NCBI GenBank assembly: GCA_051362555.1
Contig: CM120648.1
Coordinates: 5,514,587 to 5,578,586, forward strand
DNA: 64,000 nt
From: Lingula anatina
Taxonomy: Eukaryota; Animalia; Brachiopoda
Direction: 5' to 3'
Of this stretch, positions 12,655 to 25,478 are shown piece by piece. Position numbers and translations under genes: made by a program. Within the stretch, counting starts at the first letter, position 1; every line of letters begins with the position of its first letter. The notes beneath the pieces are model-generated. The model had not been told where the DNA came from. It saw nothing but the letters and a program-made list of their open reading frames with translations, and did not search any database.

Positions 12655-15600
12655 TTAGGAAAATGTTATGCGTAAAGTGTTCAAAATTAAGGAAATTATT
12701 TCTGTCTTGCTTATCTTTCTCTTGCCTCTTTTCCATCTTTACGGGTTCTGTCTGGCAAAATTGGACATTAAAGAAAATTGTTATAGTTATACTTTGACAA
12801 AAAATGTCACCTATACTTGCATGAAGAAATTGTTTTACCTCCCTGCATTACCTTAGATACATTTTGAAAATGAAAGCTGTATTTTTATTAAACATTTTTA
12901 CTTGTTTATGACAATGGTACCTTATTTTATAATAATAAATTTTACTGGTTTACAGGTCCTCCAGCCTCCACACTCCCCACTCCCAGTGATGCCAAGCAAG
13001 TAAGTTCAAATCCAGACTAAATATACCTCAATTAATCAGGATTTTCTTTACAAGTCTTAATTTTAATTATTAGAATTTGTAGCATGCGATTTGTCTGTCT
13101 GTCTGTTTTCCATTCAGCCTGTTTTATCATGTTGCACTGAATCTTTTAGTTAGCCATGTCAGCTGGTTGTCATAATTGAACTGGAGAGACAATAAGTTGT
13201 GTATGCTGTTTTCCCAGTCTGATAAATGTTAACTTTTATGACATTCTTCCATCCTTGTCATGTGTCTCTCTTCCATCCAGTACTGACTATCCTGGACCTT
13301 ATGGATTCACTGTCTCTTGTGCCAAGCAAACTAAAGAGACCAAGTCAGCCAACTGGACTGTAAGTACTCTTTTCAAGTTTCAAATTTTGTTTGTTTGCTT
13401 TTGTTTGTTTGTTTACATTATTGAAGTCTGTCATGTTTATGTAACACATTGGGCAACTGAACTAGTGAACCCTAAAACTTGCATGTCCTATCTAAAACTT
13501 TCCTGACTTGAAATTTTGGGTTGCAGGCAGTATACCTAGTATCTCATATGTTTCATATTTTATCTTGCTATTTCTTAAATTAATTATATATATCAATATA
13601 AATTATTTATAATTTCAGTATTATAATTTTTTGTTGTTGTTTTATAATTATATTTGCCAGACTTTCAGCTAAAGATAGACATTAATTGACAGAAACGTGT
13701 AATTAAAAAATATGTATATATATTTCAGTATTCAGATGTATTGAAGAAGTTATTTGTGAATATTGGCAAGTCAACCCCCATACGCTATAAAACACAGAAG
13801 AAGCCGCCCCCAGGGAGTGTTATCAGGGTACTGCCCATTTACATGAAGCCTGAGCACATTCAGGAGGTCGTAGCCAGGTGTCCCAACCACATGACTAGTA
13901 AGGAGTTTGGAGGTTCGCGTTCTTTTTATTTTGTTCAAATAGTTTTATATCGAATTTATTGTTGTCCTTGTGATTCGAGTGAAAATGTTTGTGAAATGTC
14001 GTCCAAAGTTACCTTATTTCTTTTCTGGTAATGTTGTTCATAGTGTTTTTCTGGTACATTGCATATTACAGGCCATGAAAAATATATTATTCTGGCGTTA
14101 AACAGTAGGCACATTGTAATCTAAAAGTAAACTTCCGTACAATGTTATACTAAATAATACTTTTAAGTGTTAAAATATCTATCAAACATGTGTAGAAATG
14201 AGGTTCAGTTATATGTGTTCCTGATAGTTTCTTCAAACCATGCTTTTGTTTCTGTACATTTTCTAGAAAGTGATGTCCCCAACACGCACATGGTTCGTTG
14301 CGAGCACAAACAGGTCAGTTACTACACAGACCCAGTCACAGGGCGCCATTGCGCCATATTTCCCTTTGAGGGTCCCCAAGCTGGCTCGGAGTGGGTGACG
14401 AACTTGTTCCAGTTTCTCTGCTTTAGCTCCTGCGTTGGTGGCCAGAACAGACGACAGGTTCAGCTGATCTTCACTCTGGAGAATGAGTGAGTGTCCGTTT
14501 CTTTTTAAGATAGTTCTTCAAGTTTTAGATAGCTTTTAATGGGTAATATATTTGTAGGTTTAGTCTTTGACATTGGTTAAGGAAAAGTGCGTAAATGAAA
14601 GTTTTACAGCTGAAGTTACGCAATAAAACTTCTTCAAATGACTTTTTTAGAGGAGGTGGGGGTCTTACAAAGTGTAATGTGCTAAACCTGTACAAGTTTT
14701 TCTTTAAAATGTTTCTTTGTTTTAATATGAATTTTTGACTGCAACATGGCTGCATTCTTAGCCACTGCTCCTGACACAATTCTCATCTTATTTTTTTTTG
14801 TTTAAATTTGTTTTTCAGTGGTCAGATCCTGGGCAGAAGGGCCCTGGAGATTAGAGTATGTGCCTGTCCTGGAAGAGATCGTAAATCGGAAGAAAAGACA
14901 GCCCAGCCTGAGGTGACAAACATGGGCAAAAAGCGTAAGTTTACGATTAACTTTGCCATGGAGTTGCCACATTGAAAATGCTAAGAACTGCATCATATCT
15001 ACCCCAAGGATGAATTTAAAAGATTGATGCTGATTTTGACCCCATATTACTGAAACAGTTTTTTTCCCCTACTGGCTTTCAGGAAACAAGGGTCTAGGAA
15101 TCTCTTGAAGCAGACTCCAATGAGAAATGAGCTTCTTTGGCAGAGATCAGTTTTCTCTCTGTGCTTTTGTGGTTACTAGCATGTTTTAGTTTTGCTATTA
15201 TTTTTTACTGAAAAATCATAAGTCTGTATTCAACCTTGATGTTCCAGCCACACGGGTGACTCACAGCACTCAAATCACCAGGGTGGGTCCTGCTGCCAAA
15301 AAGAGAAAATTGGACAGTAAAGATGAGATATTTACCATCACTGTAAGTTTCATTTCTCATGTAAATGTACTAGAACTTCCCCTTCCACTTTCTTCATCTC
15401 TCTTTTCTTATTAAAGTATTGGATATTCACAACTGGGTCTGAATATTCTTCAAAGTTGAAGCTTATGTGGGGCACATTTCAGTTTTGTTGTATTCTGTAG
15501 CTGTAGTAATGAAGTAGGATCTTGACTTGTTCTGTAGGTGTTGAAATTTTACCTGAAATAATGAAATTGCTCTGTAGTTGTAAAAATTGTACCTAAAATA

Positions 15601-18390
15601 GTAAACTTGCTCCGTAGTTGTGAAAATTGTACCTCAAATAATGCAGGATTTAAAAAAATTCTCTGTTTCACTCCAGGTGCGAGGCAGAGAGAACTATGAA
15701 ATTCTCTGCAGGCTGCGGGACTCCCTGGAAATGTCCAACATGTTATCGCCAGATCAGGTGAACAACTACAAACAGAGGCAGCTGGAGCTTCAGAAGCAGT
15801 GAGTACAGCTTTTTATTATTTAATTTATATTAATTTATTTATTTATTTTTTCATATTGTATTTTATTTTTTATTTGGCAAAGTCATTATGTGATATTATA
15901 TTCCAATATTTTTTTGGAATTGATTTGTTAATTTGACCGGTATGTGTGGAATACCTAGATGTATTACTTGCTACTGGCTGAAAGAGATAGAGAGGGTGTG
16001 CGAGGGAGAAGTGGTGACTCTTTCCTGTGTATAACTGACTGAGCACATTTATCTTATCAAAACTTGTACTATATGTGATAATATGCAATATTGCAGAGTG
16101 CCCTATGAACGTTTAAACTTCATATAAAGCACCTGGCTTGTAAGTGTATCTGCATGTATGACATGTGACTGCAGGCTTGGTTGAGGTTTTACAATCATGT
16201 TCATATGATCTATAAAGAAATATATGTATTCAGTCATTGCTAATAGTGTGATTCTAAATAAAGACTGGGAATAATTGAACATTTAGAGAATGTCTTTCCT
16301 TACATCCAGTAAATGAATAGAAAGAAAATTTTCCTTTTTTGCTTCAAAAAGCAAAATAGAATGCCCTTGAATTGTTTTTTTTTTTTAATCCCATTCTTCA
16401 ATCTTATTGTCTTAAAACGAGATACAATAATACTAAAACTGCCATCTCTGTAGATTAAAAAATTGTCAGCTATCTAATAATGGAAGTCCTCGAACATAGT
16501 TCGACTGAAAATGGAGGAAATTGTTTCGATGCAGTCAAATAACTAATTTCTGTTACATTTCACGAAGTCTGACAAGATTAATAATAGATTTCAATGAAGG
16601 AAATAATTTGATGATGAATTAATCACATTCTCTTTCTGGCTGCATCGTTACAGGTTCCTCGAAAGTGTCCAAATGTCACGTAAACGCCTCGTTAAAAAAC
16701 CAAGTCAGCATCGTGAGAGACACCATGAACGTCGACGTCTGTTAAAACCCAAACCCAAACCATGCCGTGCAGATAAAGTTGGGCCACCATGAAATGGTGT
16801 AAATTTAGTGTTTTCTTAGTGGTCGTTTTTTGCTAGAATAAATTATATTAATGTCACCAAGAATAAGAGTGTCAATAACCTCTGCTGCTGTGTTTGCAGC
16901 AAATATGTATCGCAGCAAATTTGATCCTGTATTTCATTGGATACTTTTTCTGGCAATGACAGAGGTTGGAACATGAATACTGCTTCGTTTATTGGAATGC
17001 CATTTTTTTTTTTTTCATCTGCATTAGAGCAGTGGATGTTTGATGAATTTCCTTGGATTCGTTTCCAGGATAGTAAAATTGACTGAACCAATTCCTAAAT
17101 ATTATGTGAGGATATTTCCAAAGGTCAAACTTCAAGTGTGAGTGTACAAGGTCACTCCGTCAAAAAAATTCCGGGTTATTTAACCCAATGAAGGTCAAGT
17201 TTTATAATGCTTCAAGGGACGTAGGTCCATATGTGAAAAAATGAGATTTTATGGAGGACAAATGATTGATCTGGGTAGATCTGAGATTTACCGTGATTTT
17301 AATTGCACACTTGACTCAGTCTGATTATCATTCATTTCCCTACATATCTTTGGGATATGATAATGTGCATAATATCAAAGGCACAAAAAAAAAAAGCAAT
17401 TACATGTGCATGGTGCCCAGATTTTTGTTTCTTGGACCATTGACTATATTTGGTTTTGTAAGCATCGTAGAGTTACATTATATGTGGACATCTTTACTTA
17501 AAATATGTTGTCTAGAAATATTTAGAATTTTTTTTAAATTGTAACGACAAACTCATGAGTTATTTAAGTCATTTTTTGCAGCTCAGTAATATTAAAAACC
17601 ATATTTGAAATATTTCCAGTGTGATAAATTTTATCCATATTTGTTGGCTACATCAACATGTCATATTTATTCAATCTTTTTGTTATAAGATATTACTTTT
17701 GTTTAATTTCTGTTAAAAGTAATTTTTATTTAAAATTCCAATACCATTGCATGTTAAATAGTAGTGCTCTCTACATTTCGTAGAATTTTATGAAAGGGAC
17801 CAATTTCTATATATATATATGCCTGCATCATGGCACGATATTTTTTAAAAGTTAATCACAGGTGACCAAATGTGAACATTAATTATGTAATTTGGCTAAT
17901 TTTTCACCTTTTGTAATAATGAGCTTAGTGCCTTATGATGAGTGATGTGCTTTTTTGGCTCTAAGTCAAATGTCAGACTCCCGGTGAAACTGTTCCGATG
18001 ATAGTAAATCCCAATTTTTTTACACCTGTGCATTGGGTATAGAACAATTTTATTGAGGCCAGTATTTTGAGAGTGGCATTAGTCAGTGTAAAAACATAAA
18101 CACACACACACACATTCGCGTACACGCACACAATGCTGAGTGATGCCATGAAGCATATGTCTCCCGTATAATGCTCATGTCTAGTCCTTACAACAACCCC
18201 ATACCAGTGGACCTACCTCCTCCCTATCATTGAGCACTTCTCATTATATAGAGCTCCCCACTACCCATTCCATCTTCAAATTAACCTTTGGAGCCCAACA
18301 GTCTCAAATCCCCCCCAATTCCCATCCCCAAAGATTATTGTGCTAGCACTATCTCACACACAAACACACAAACGCACACACACACGCACG

Positions 18391-18453
<63 letters not shown>

Positions 18454-20828
18454 GCCCTTTTTCCATTAAGTGGAGTGCATAGTTGTGTAGTCAGTACCAG
18501 GAACACTTTGTGAGGTCTAAGACCGCATTTAGAACAGCAGACTAACAGATCCGCAGATCAAATATGGCACCCCTTAAATTCCTGCTTAATTCCTGATTAG
18601 ACACTGAATATATTATCCGCAGGGATTATGCAACAAGCATTCAAGTGGGGGCGGCCATATTTGATCCGCGGATCTGTTAGTCCGCTGTTCTGAATGCCTT
18701 CTTAGTTTGTTATTTTGCTTTCTTTAGTGGAGTTAAAGGCTGTGTGGAGTGTAGCTGGCTATGTTTAGATGACTCTACGTAATAGTCAGTTTTTTAATTT
18801 GTCAGTCTCTCAGAGTGTACTGGTACAGAATGAATCACTTGAGTAGATCTTTCAAATGAAAAGGGCCTTTGATATACTTGATCCCAGAGGGTCTTAATGA
18901 TGAGCGGTGTTATTTATTAAGAATGAAAATGAAACTGTTGATTTGTTGTTTTTTGTTGTACACAGTTGTCTGATTGTGTTTTGTAAACTTTTCATCATTG
19001 TTAGGTATATTTAAGGGTGTTAGATGTGGAATTGATATTTAAATATTATTTCTGTATATTTAATTTTAGAATTGTAAGTGCAAGTTGAGGATATTTCAAT
19101 TATTTTTTTGTATATACTTGTAAGATCATAGTAGAAAATCGCTTCCTAAGATAGTGTACCATATATAAAATAAATAAATATTTGCACAAAGGGCATACTG
19201 GGAGTTAAATTTTCACTTTTGAACTGTATTAATGTTTTTTTTTTTAATAAAGTTTATAAATTGTATCATTAATCACCATTGTAATTGAACATAATAACAC
19301 GGGTAAAGGCGTGATCAACAGTCTACTGTGATATTGTTCAGATAAAGATGTCAGATGATTGAAAGGTTGTGTGAAAGAGTGAGATTGGTTTTTACAATAA
19401 TATGATGAAGTTCCTGAATGAGATGGATGAGAATGACGTGGATATATTTTCATTATCTTGACTTGTTTTCAACAGAAATATTTAAAATCACCACCTGTCA
19501 GAAATATTTACTTAAAATTGCAGTTGTAGAAAGGGATTGTCCACCCATTCATTATCACCCACGAAAACTCGGCAGTCCAACCAATTCATTGATATTTTCT
19601 TAATTAAATTGTGGTTTATTTATGTATTTATTTTACTTTTATTGTAGACCCACATTGTCCAGGATTCCCAGCGGTTTGGCCAACCTCAGTGGCAGTTTCT
19701 CACAACAGCTCACGGAGGGTAGTCTGAAGCCTCCGCCCCTGCCCTTCTCCAGTATGCCTAGTCTCCAACGTGGAGACACACAGCCGGTTTCCAGCACGCA
19801 GAAAGAACTTGTCAAGATGGAGCCAGACACTGTCAGCCCAGTTCCCAAGACAAGCCAATGTCAAGTTTCCTCTCAAGGAGAAGTGGCTGACATGACAATT
19901 GCAAAGTAGGTCTTCTTTATAAGATGAATTTGTCAAACTATAATTTCACCATTTGCAAATATGCTGTGTATTGTACTTGAAAAAAAATCTGAAAGTTTAT
20001 TGTAGTTTTCTGTCATGGTATGTATTTATCACACTACATTTACACATTTTTCTAAAATTTATTAATTTCTCCCCTCTCCCTCTCCCTAACAGGTGGTTGA
20101 CATCTTTGGGGTTTGCTGCCTATGCAGACAACTTCCACCAGATAGGGTTGACCACCATGTACCAGCTGGAAGACTGCAGTCTACAGGTACAGTAAGATCA
20201 TGTGTTTCACTTGTGAGAGGTCTTAGCATTTATTAATTACGATACTGGGAACATTACTCTGTTTCACAAGTCTGCTTCCTGATGTTCAGTTGATTTTTAC
20301 GGTATGAGGGGTCCATTCAGGTTACTCTCTGTGGTGTTACCATTTAAATAAAAAATAAATCATCCACATTTAACATTTCCCAAATTCATTTCAAGGATAT
20401 ATTTTAAACAAGACATTGAAATACCACAATATTCCTACTTGTAACTTATTCCTGTATTTAGTGTTTATGATTTATGAGGTTGTCATATTGACAACATTTT
20501 AAGGTACTTTGAAGCTAAAAATGTGATGGTGTCGTAAAATCAGAGAAAAAAATAATATGCTCTTCTTTTTGTTCAGGACCTGGAGAAACTGAGCATCGGC
20601 ACAGATCACAGAAACAAAATTTGGAAAGCTCTGTCTGCTTGGAAGACGCGGAGAGCTCAAGGTGGCGCTGGTGCCACACCCCGAGGTCTCAGTGGTGCCA
20701 GTGATGCCTCAACAATCAGTCTTGCCTCGCAGATCAGTGGAGGCTACAGTCCCGGCGTGTTTGAGGTCACGCGATACACGTTTAAGCACACAGTTTCCAT
20801 CAGTGATGACCATCCCTACAGTAAATGA
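9162..20828 (+). CDS. TP63: p53/p63/p73-family transcription factor, full-length TA-alpha-type isoform (TAD-DBD-OD-SAM-TID), about 599 aa
   Basis: Exons 9162-9256, 9433-9559, 12217-12330, 12956-12999, 13281-13359, 13729-13912, 14267-14486, 14819-14934, 15248-15342, 15677-15798, 19648-19905, 20093-20186, 20577-20828; all GT-AG and in phase (1800 nt). Motifs: [15 protein letters not shown] (TAD), [75 protein letters not shown] (OD), [14 protein letters not shown]...[19 protein letters not shown] (SAM), [13 protein letters not shown] (TID). This is a single invertebrate co-orthologue of TP53/TP63/TP73, so the symbol is approximate. Confidence 0.96.
10235..10345 (+). promoter_or_regulatory. Internal promoter with two p53 response elements, E-box and TATA box
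   Basis: AGGCAAGCCC+GGGCAGGCTT at 10247-10266 (RRRCWWGYYY x2, zero spacer, 1 mismatch); AGTCTTGCCT+GGGCCTGCCT at 10309-10328 (2 mismatches); CACGTG 10235-10240; TATAAA 10337-10342; local CpG enrichment. Confidence 0.7.
10509..10556 (+). CDS. Putative DeltaN-specific first coding exon of the p53-family gene ([16 protein letters not shown])
   Basis: ATG at 10509, 16 codons, donor AAG|GTAGGG in phase 0, matching the phase-0 acceptor at 12217. It lies about 170 nt downstream of TATAAA (10337) and two p53-type response elements, in the intron after the TAD exons. Confidence 0.65.
12589..12648. repeat. (TA)n microsatellite
   Basis: Visible TA run. Confidence 0.95.
15533..15641. repeat. Short tandem repeat, about 40-bp unit x3
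   Basis: TGTAG(G/T)TGT.AAAATT.TACCT.AAATA.T.AA..TGCTC repeated just upstream of the oligomerisation-domain exon. Confidence 0.75.
16654..16792 (+). CDS. Alternative terminal exon giving a SAM-less p53-like/gamma-like isoform (about 444 aa) with a basic C-terminal tail
   Basis: Acceptor TTACAG|G at 16653/16654, phase 2, matching the donor at 15798. Reads (Q)[45 protein letters not shown]; AATAAA at 16837-16842. Confidence 0.72.
18355..18451. repeat. (CA)n microsatellite
   Basis: Visible CA run; others at about 5217-5250, 5727-5770 and 25444-25476. Confidence 0.95.
18521..18701. mobile_element. MITE (PIF/Harbinger-like by TWA flanks) in p53-family intron
   Basis: Long TIRs GCATTTAGAACAGCAGACTAACAGATCCGCAGATCAAATATGGC / GCCATATTTGATCCGCGGATCTGTTAGTCCGCTGTTCTGAATGC; flanks TAA / TTA. 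Confidence 0.8.
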
Positions 20829-21358
20829 TGTTTTCGTGTTCTTTTTGGTTTTGAAAGAAAAAAAACAAAAGCTGTGGATGTTCTTAAAGATCTCAAGCCT
20901 AAAGATGGATTGACCAGCTATGGAAAGTGACTTTGTATATTGTCATTGACCATAGCAAGTGTCATGGAAGCTGTGATGCTTGCCCTCTCCCACACTCACT
21001 CTCATTCTTCCAGTTGTTGTAGGTTATGAATCTGGTGGGAGGAATGTCAGCAGAGTAGAGAACTGAGCACAGAAAGCAAGTTCAAGTGACATGACTTGTA
21101 CCCAGTGCTGTGGGCATATTAGTGAGATGTCAGTCATCCAAAGCTTGACAGTCATCATATCATTACTGGGTAAAATTTTCCATGTAAAGGAAAACAATCT
21201 ATTTTGAATATTTTTTTTAAATGGCTGAACTTTGCATTTGATATTTAAAGGGTGATTACAGTGGTGAATAGCGAGGCACAAAACTGTAAGCCCAAAATGC
21301 TGCTGTGGGTGCAAAATGTTTCATGTTTCCAAGTGAGTCATCTTTAGAGACAGTCAAT

Positions 21359-21864
21359 GGGGCTATTTAGAACGAAAAAAGTTTCACTAACTGGTGTGCA
21401 CTAACTCCATGTGGACTCTTGCAGAATGCAATCAGCTTAACGTGATGACTCCTGGCAGTGTGTAGTATACAAAGAAGCTGGTGATACACTAAGGCTTCGT
21501 TCACATGGAATGTCTATTTTCTAAAAATCTATTTTCTATTCGTGCTATCTTATGATCACGGTCTGTGCCCTGAATTTCCCGCCGCGTAATTACTGGCAGC
21601 GCAAGCCAGTTACTTATAGTAACTTATAGTAACTGGCTCGCGCTGCCAGTAATTACACCGCGGGATATTCAGGGCACAGACCCTGATCATAAGACATACC
21701 GCAAATAGAAAATAGAATTTAGAAAATAAACATTGCATGTGAATGAGGCCTAAAACATTGTAATCAAGAGGAGGCATGTTTGTTAATCTGATTGCATTCA
21801 GCAAAAGTCCCCATGGAATTAGTGCTCACTAGATATTGGGACCCAACTTATTCTTAACAGCCTT
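21359..21864. mobile_element. Older inverted-repeat element interrupted by the 21493-21750 MITE
   Basis: GCACTAACTCCATGTGGACTCTTGCAGAATGCAATCAGCTTAAC (about 21398-21441) pairs with GTTAATCTGATTGCATTCAGCAAAAGTCCCCATGGAATTAGTGC (about 21782-21825); outer ends GGCTATTTAGAA / TTCTTAACAGCC; related fragment at about 47040-47100. Confidence 0.7.
21493..21750. mobile_element. Palindromic MITE with TAA target-site duplication (PIF/Harbinger/Tourist-like)
   Basis: TAA|GGCTTCGTTCACATG...CATGTGAATGAGGCC|TAA; the two halves are reverse complements almost to the centre (about 21620). Confidence 0.88.
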
Positions 21865-22651
21865 TATATATCTCAGATGAGATTGTAATTATAAGATTTC
21901 CGATTGCTGATTGTTAACCCAGAAACCTGGATGTTGGGGTTCACTTTCAGTTTGAATATCTGTATTGAAAATTCAGAGTCAATTTTACCGGTACAGGTTC
22001 CATATTTGTTTATTGCCAATACGTACAATTTTGCGTTGTTAGAGGAGCAGTGTTTTTACCACGTCTTTACAGAAGGTCATCAATGCTCCAAAAATCGCAA
22101 CAATTCAAGGTCATCAACATTATATGATGTCAGTATGAAAAGTTTTTCAATTATATATTTCTCTATCCAACCTTGTGTTGAATAGAATCAATACATATTG
22201 TATATATTTACTACTTTGTTATCTGTTTAGAAAGTTCTTAAACACAGAACAAATATTGTTTTACAATACCAAGAATATATCACCATACTAGTGGAAATTT
22301 GTATTGAAGAGCACATTCAAATATTAGTGACATATAAGAAGCACTACATTGTAAAGGCTTAGTAATAATATGGATTATGTAAAACCCATTCAAAACCTCG
22401 AGATATTTAATGTGAGGGTGGCTGTCTCTTCCCTCCCTCCCTCACTCCTTCCCCTCTTCTCTTTCTTTTCTCTACCATCTTCAGTCCTACTGGATGTGTA
22501 ATATTTTGTGTGCTATTTTCGCTGTTTTTACAGAAAGGTGCTCTTTTATAAATGAAACGTCGCTGATTATTAACAATTTACTTAGAGCTGGTATCTTGGT
22601 ACAGTGGCTGTAGTAATCCAGTCTTCATCAATAAGAATTTTGTTCATGTAA

Positions 22652-22810
22652 GGGGGCCGTAGCGATAGTCCGAAGGTTCAATAGTCCTAAGGTTCATTGG
22701 TCCGAATGTTCACTATAGAACCTTCGGACCAATGAACCCTTGATTAAAAAATCGATGAAAATGTTACCACTTTTCGGACCAATGAACCTTCGGACTATCG
22801 AGACGCCCCC
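22652..22810. mobile_element. Non-autonomous TIR element with internal GTCCGAAGGTTCA repeats; related copy about 49351-49500
   Basis: GGGGGCCGTAGCGATAGTCCGAAGGTTCA...TGAACCTTCGGACTATCGAGACGCCCCC, flanked by direct repeat CATGTAA(G) at 22645 and 22811. Confidence 0.82.
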
Positions 22811-24031
22811 CATGTAAGATGCGATAGTTGAACCGTATTGCAGCGAATGATCAATTAAATACACTGCTCTCTGCGTGCTGGGTGCGAGTTTCTAAGGGCA
22901 GTTTAGTACTCCAGTTATATACCCTGCTACAAACGTGAAGTATTGGTAATATCTTTTAGAATTGAGTATGTTTTTCATTTCTGGAGACGAAGAGATACCA
23001 TATGAAAGTAATTGAAAGATGCAGTGTATGTGCTAGAATGGCTGTTTAAGACGTAATGTAGTGCCTTAATTCTGTTGGACATGGATTACATGCTGAGGGC
23101 AAGCCCCTGACATTTGAAAGATGATTTTACACGAAGTGTATTTGAAAACATTTTGTCAATAAATTGCTTGGTACAAACAAAAGTAATTTCACGGATTATT
23201 TTCCCTAAAAACCTAACGTGTCAACGTACATTTTTTAAAAGTAAACCATTATAAAACTTTTGAAGCGTGCAAGCTCTAATTTGATGTGGGCTTTCATGAA
23301 ATCCGAACCTCTTTGCACATGGATGCAAGTAGTTTCCCATTACAACCATTGTCTAAATTAAAAACGTCAAATACGCATGCGATGAAACCAATTACCATAA
23401 AACTAATATTTCACATCTGTTCATTGCCAGTCTAAATTAATTTCGTCGCATTCTAAATGTGTATATTAATGAAGGGCTCTATAGTTGGGTTAATTTGCTA
23501 TTGCGCGTTATCCAGAAAATAAAATTACAGGTGGATAGTTTTTACTCCGTTTTTAATCCGTTTATACCACAAGGTATAAAACTTTTAAAAAAAAGAAAAG
23601 GAAAGGAATAAAAAGTGAGGTTACTGGAACATATTATATCGGGGCGAGACACGTGACCAGAATGGTAACTTATATTACATCGTGTAATATTACAAGTATT
23701 AAGCCCCAGTATTAGCAAAACGCGTCAAAGAGGTTCTATGTAGCTCTTTTTGAAATACAAGACTAGTCACTGCTTTCAAGTAGTTTTCACTGAGGTTTAT
23801 TTCATTTTGTGTGGAAACAAGACGTTAGTTCAAATCTGAAGAGTGAACCTGACGTTTATTCTTTCACTATTCTAGCCGTAAATCTTAGTCTATCGTCCAC
23901 ATTGTATTAGCATAAAGTTGTCGACACCCTGATGTGATGTCGGGAGTTTCGCCGTATCAACCAACAAATCGCTGTTCATCAATTTATAGGTTCTATGGAA
24001 CGCAGGGTGAGCTTGACGTGTTCCAAGCTTA

Positions 24032-25437
24032 CTAGCATCCCTCCGTCGTCAGGTACCTTTTCTCCCGATCAGGAACATATTTCCATTGCCTGCCGAAATT
24101 GCAGAAACCACCCAACTTGAAGCCACTTGTTGTATTAATACCTGTAGAAGAAACGAAATAGTATACAGGCAATACGGACGTAACGCATGTAAGAGAATGA
24201 TTGTGCATGTTAAAGCATGCGCTCACGCACGTATTCACAAAAAGAAAAGAGAAAAAACAACATTCTTAGTTATCCACTGGCATAACGCATGAAATCGCAC
24301 AACAATACACAACTACTGTGCATGCTTTATGCACGTGCATCTACATGCATACAGACATATGCACCACACATCCACGTGCTCTAACACGTACAAGTCCACA
24401 TGTACATGGTCTCTCATGCACAATAACACATCCACATGGTCTGATACGCACAAGCACGCGAACACGTAGGCCTACGTACACGCGGTACATACGCACATTA
24501 GGGTCATAGACCCAGCAAATGTTTTAAAGGCAGCTGTTGAAGGCTTGGTATATATGCAAACAAACATTAATATGGTATTTTTGCCGTCTGAAGTACCCCA
24601 CTAGAATCTGACTAAATGCCTGATGGACAAACAAAGGACACTACATATAAGGACGAAAATAAATTTTATTAATGCTCCCCTCCCATCGCAGCCTTGCACA
24701 AACACGTATACGCACACGTGCACAGGCAATGACAAACAGCATGCTGCCCACACCTGTACTTACCTCTAAGGAGATATGCAGTTTTCTTAGCCAGATGTAT
24801 TTCTCCACAGCCAGGCAACAATGGCTTTATTCTGTAGCTCTCACGGAATGCCACCTTAGATCCAACATCCATGCCATCTGGAGCCTGGAATTGCGTGTAT
24901 TCTCCGTTGTAACAGTTAAAACTATTGGCGCAGTTTCCATTGTAAGAATTTTAACCATTGGTGCAGTACTTTTGTGGAAGTTAAAACAATTGGCGAAATT
25001 TTTTAAGTAAAAGATAAAACTGTTGGTCTATTCTCTGCAACTCTCAAATAGTTGAATTTTTTTATTCGTATTGCATAAACGGAGGTGGTCAGTGGAGGGA
25101 AGGGGGCAGGCGCAGATTTATACCCAGGCAACATAGAACGCTATTATGACGTTACTGAAACGTTGATAATATTATAACCAGAAAAACGTTATGGTTACTT
25201 TATGGTAACCTTATCATAACGTTCAGTGTTTGATAGGAAGTTATTTCAACCAGTGTATTCAACAGATATGGACACGGAACTCTCTCTTTCTCTCTCTCTC
25301 AAATGTATTCACGTACCTTAAACACCTTGTCCACTCGTACGGTGTATTCTACAGTTTTCAGTGTTCCCCAACTTTTGGGTTCCTCGCTGACGACACTGGA
25401 ACCCTCCACATACCCCTTGATTACTGAATAAAAAATA

Positions 25438-25478
<41 letters not shown>

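Larger units (their letters stand above)
20829..23180 (+). other. Probable long 3' UTR of the alpha isoform
   Basis: Follows the stop at 20826-20828. CpG-poor composition runs until AATAAA at 23158-23163, after which CpG density rises. The end is inferred. Confidence 0.5.
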
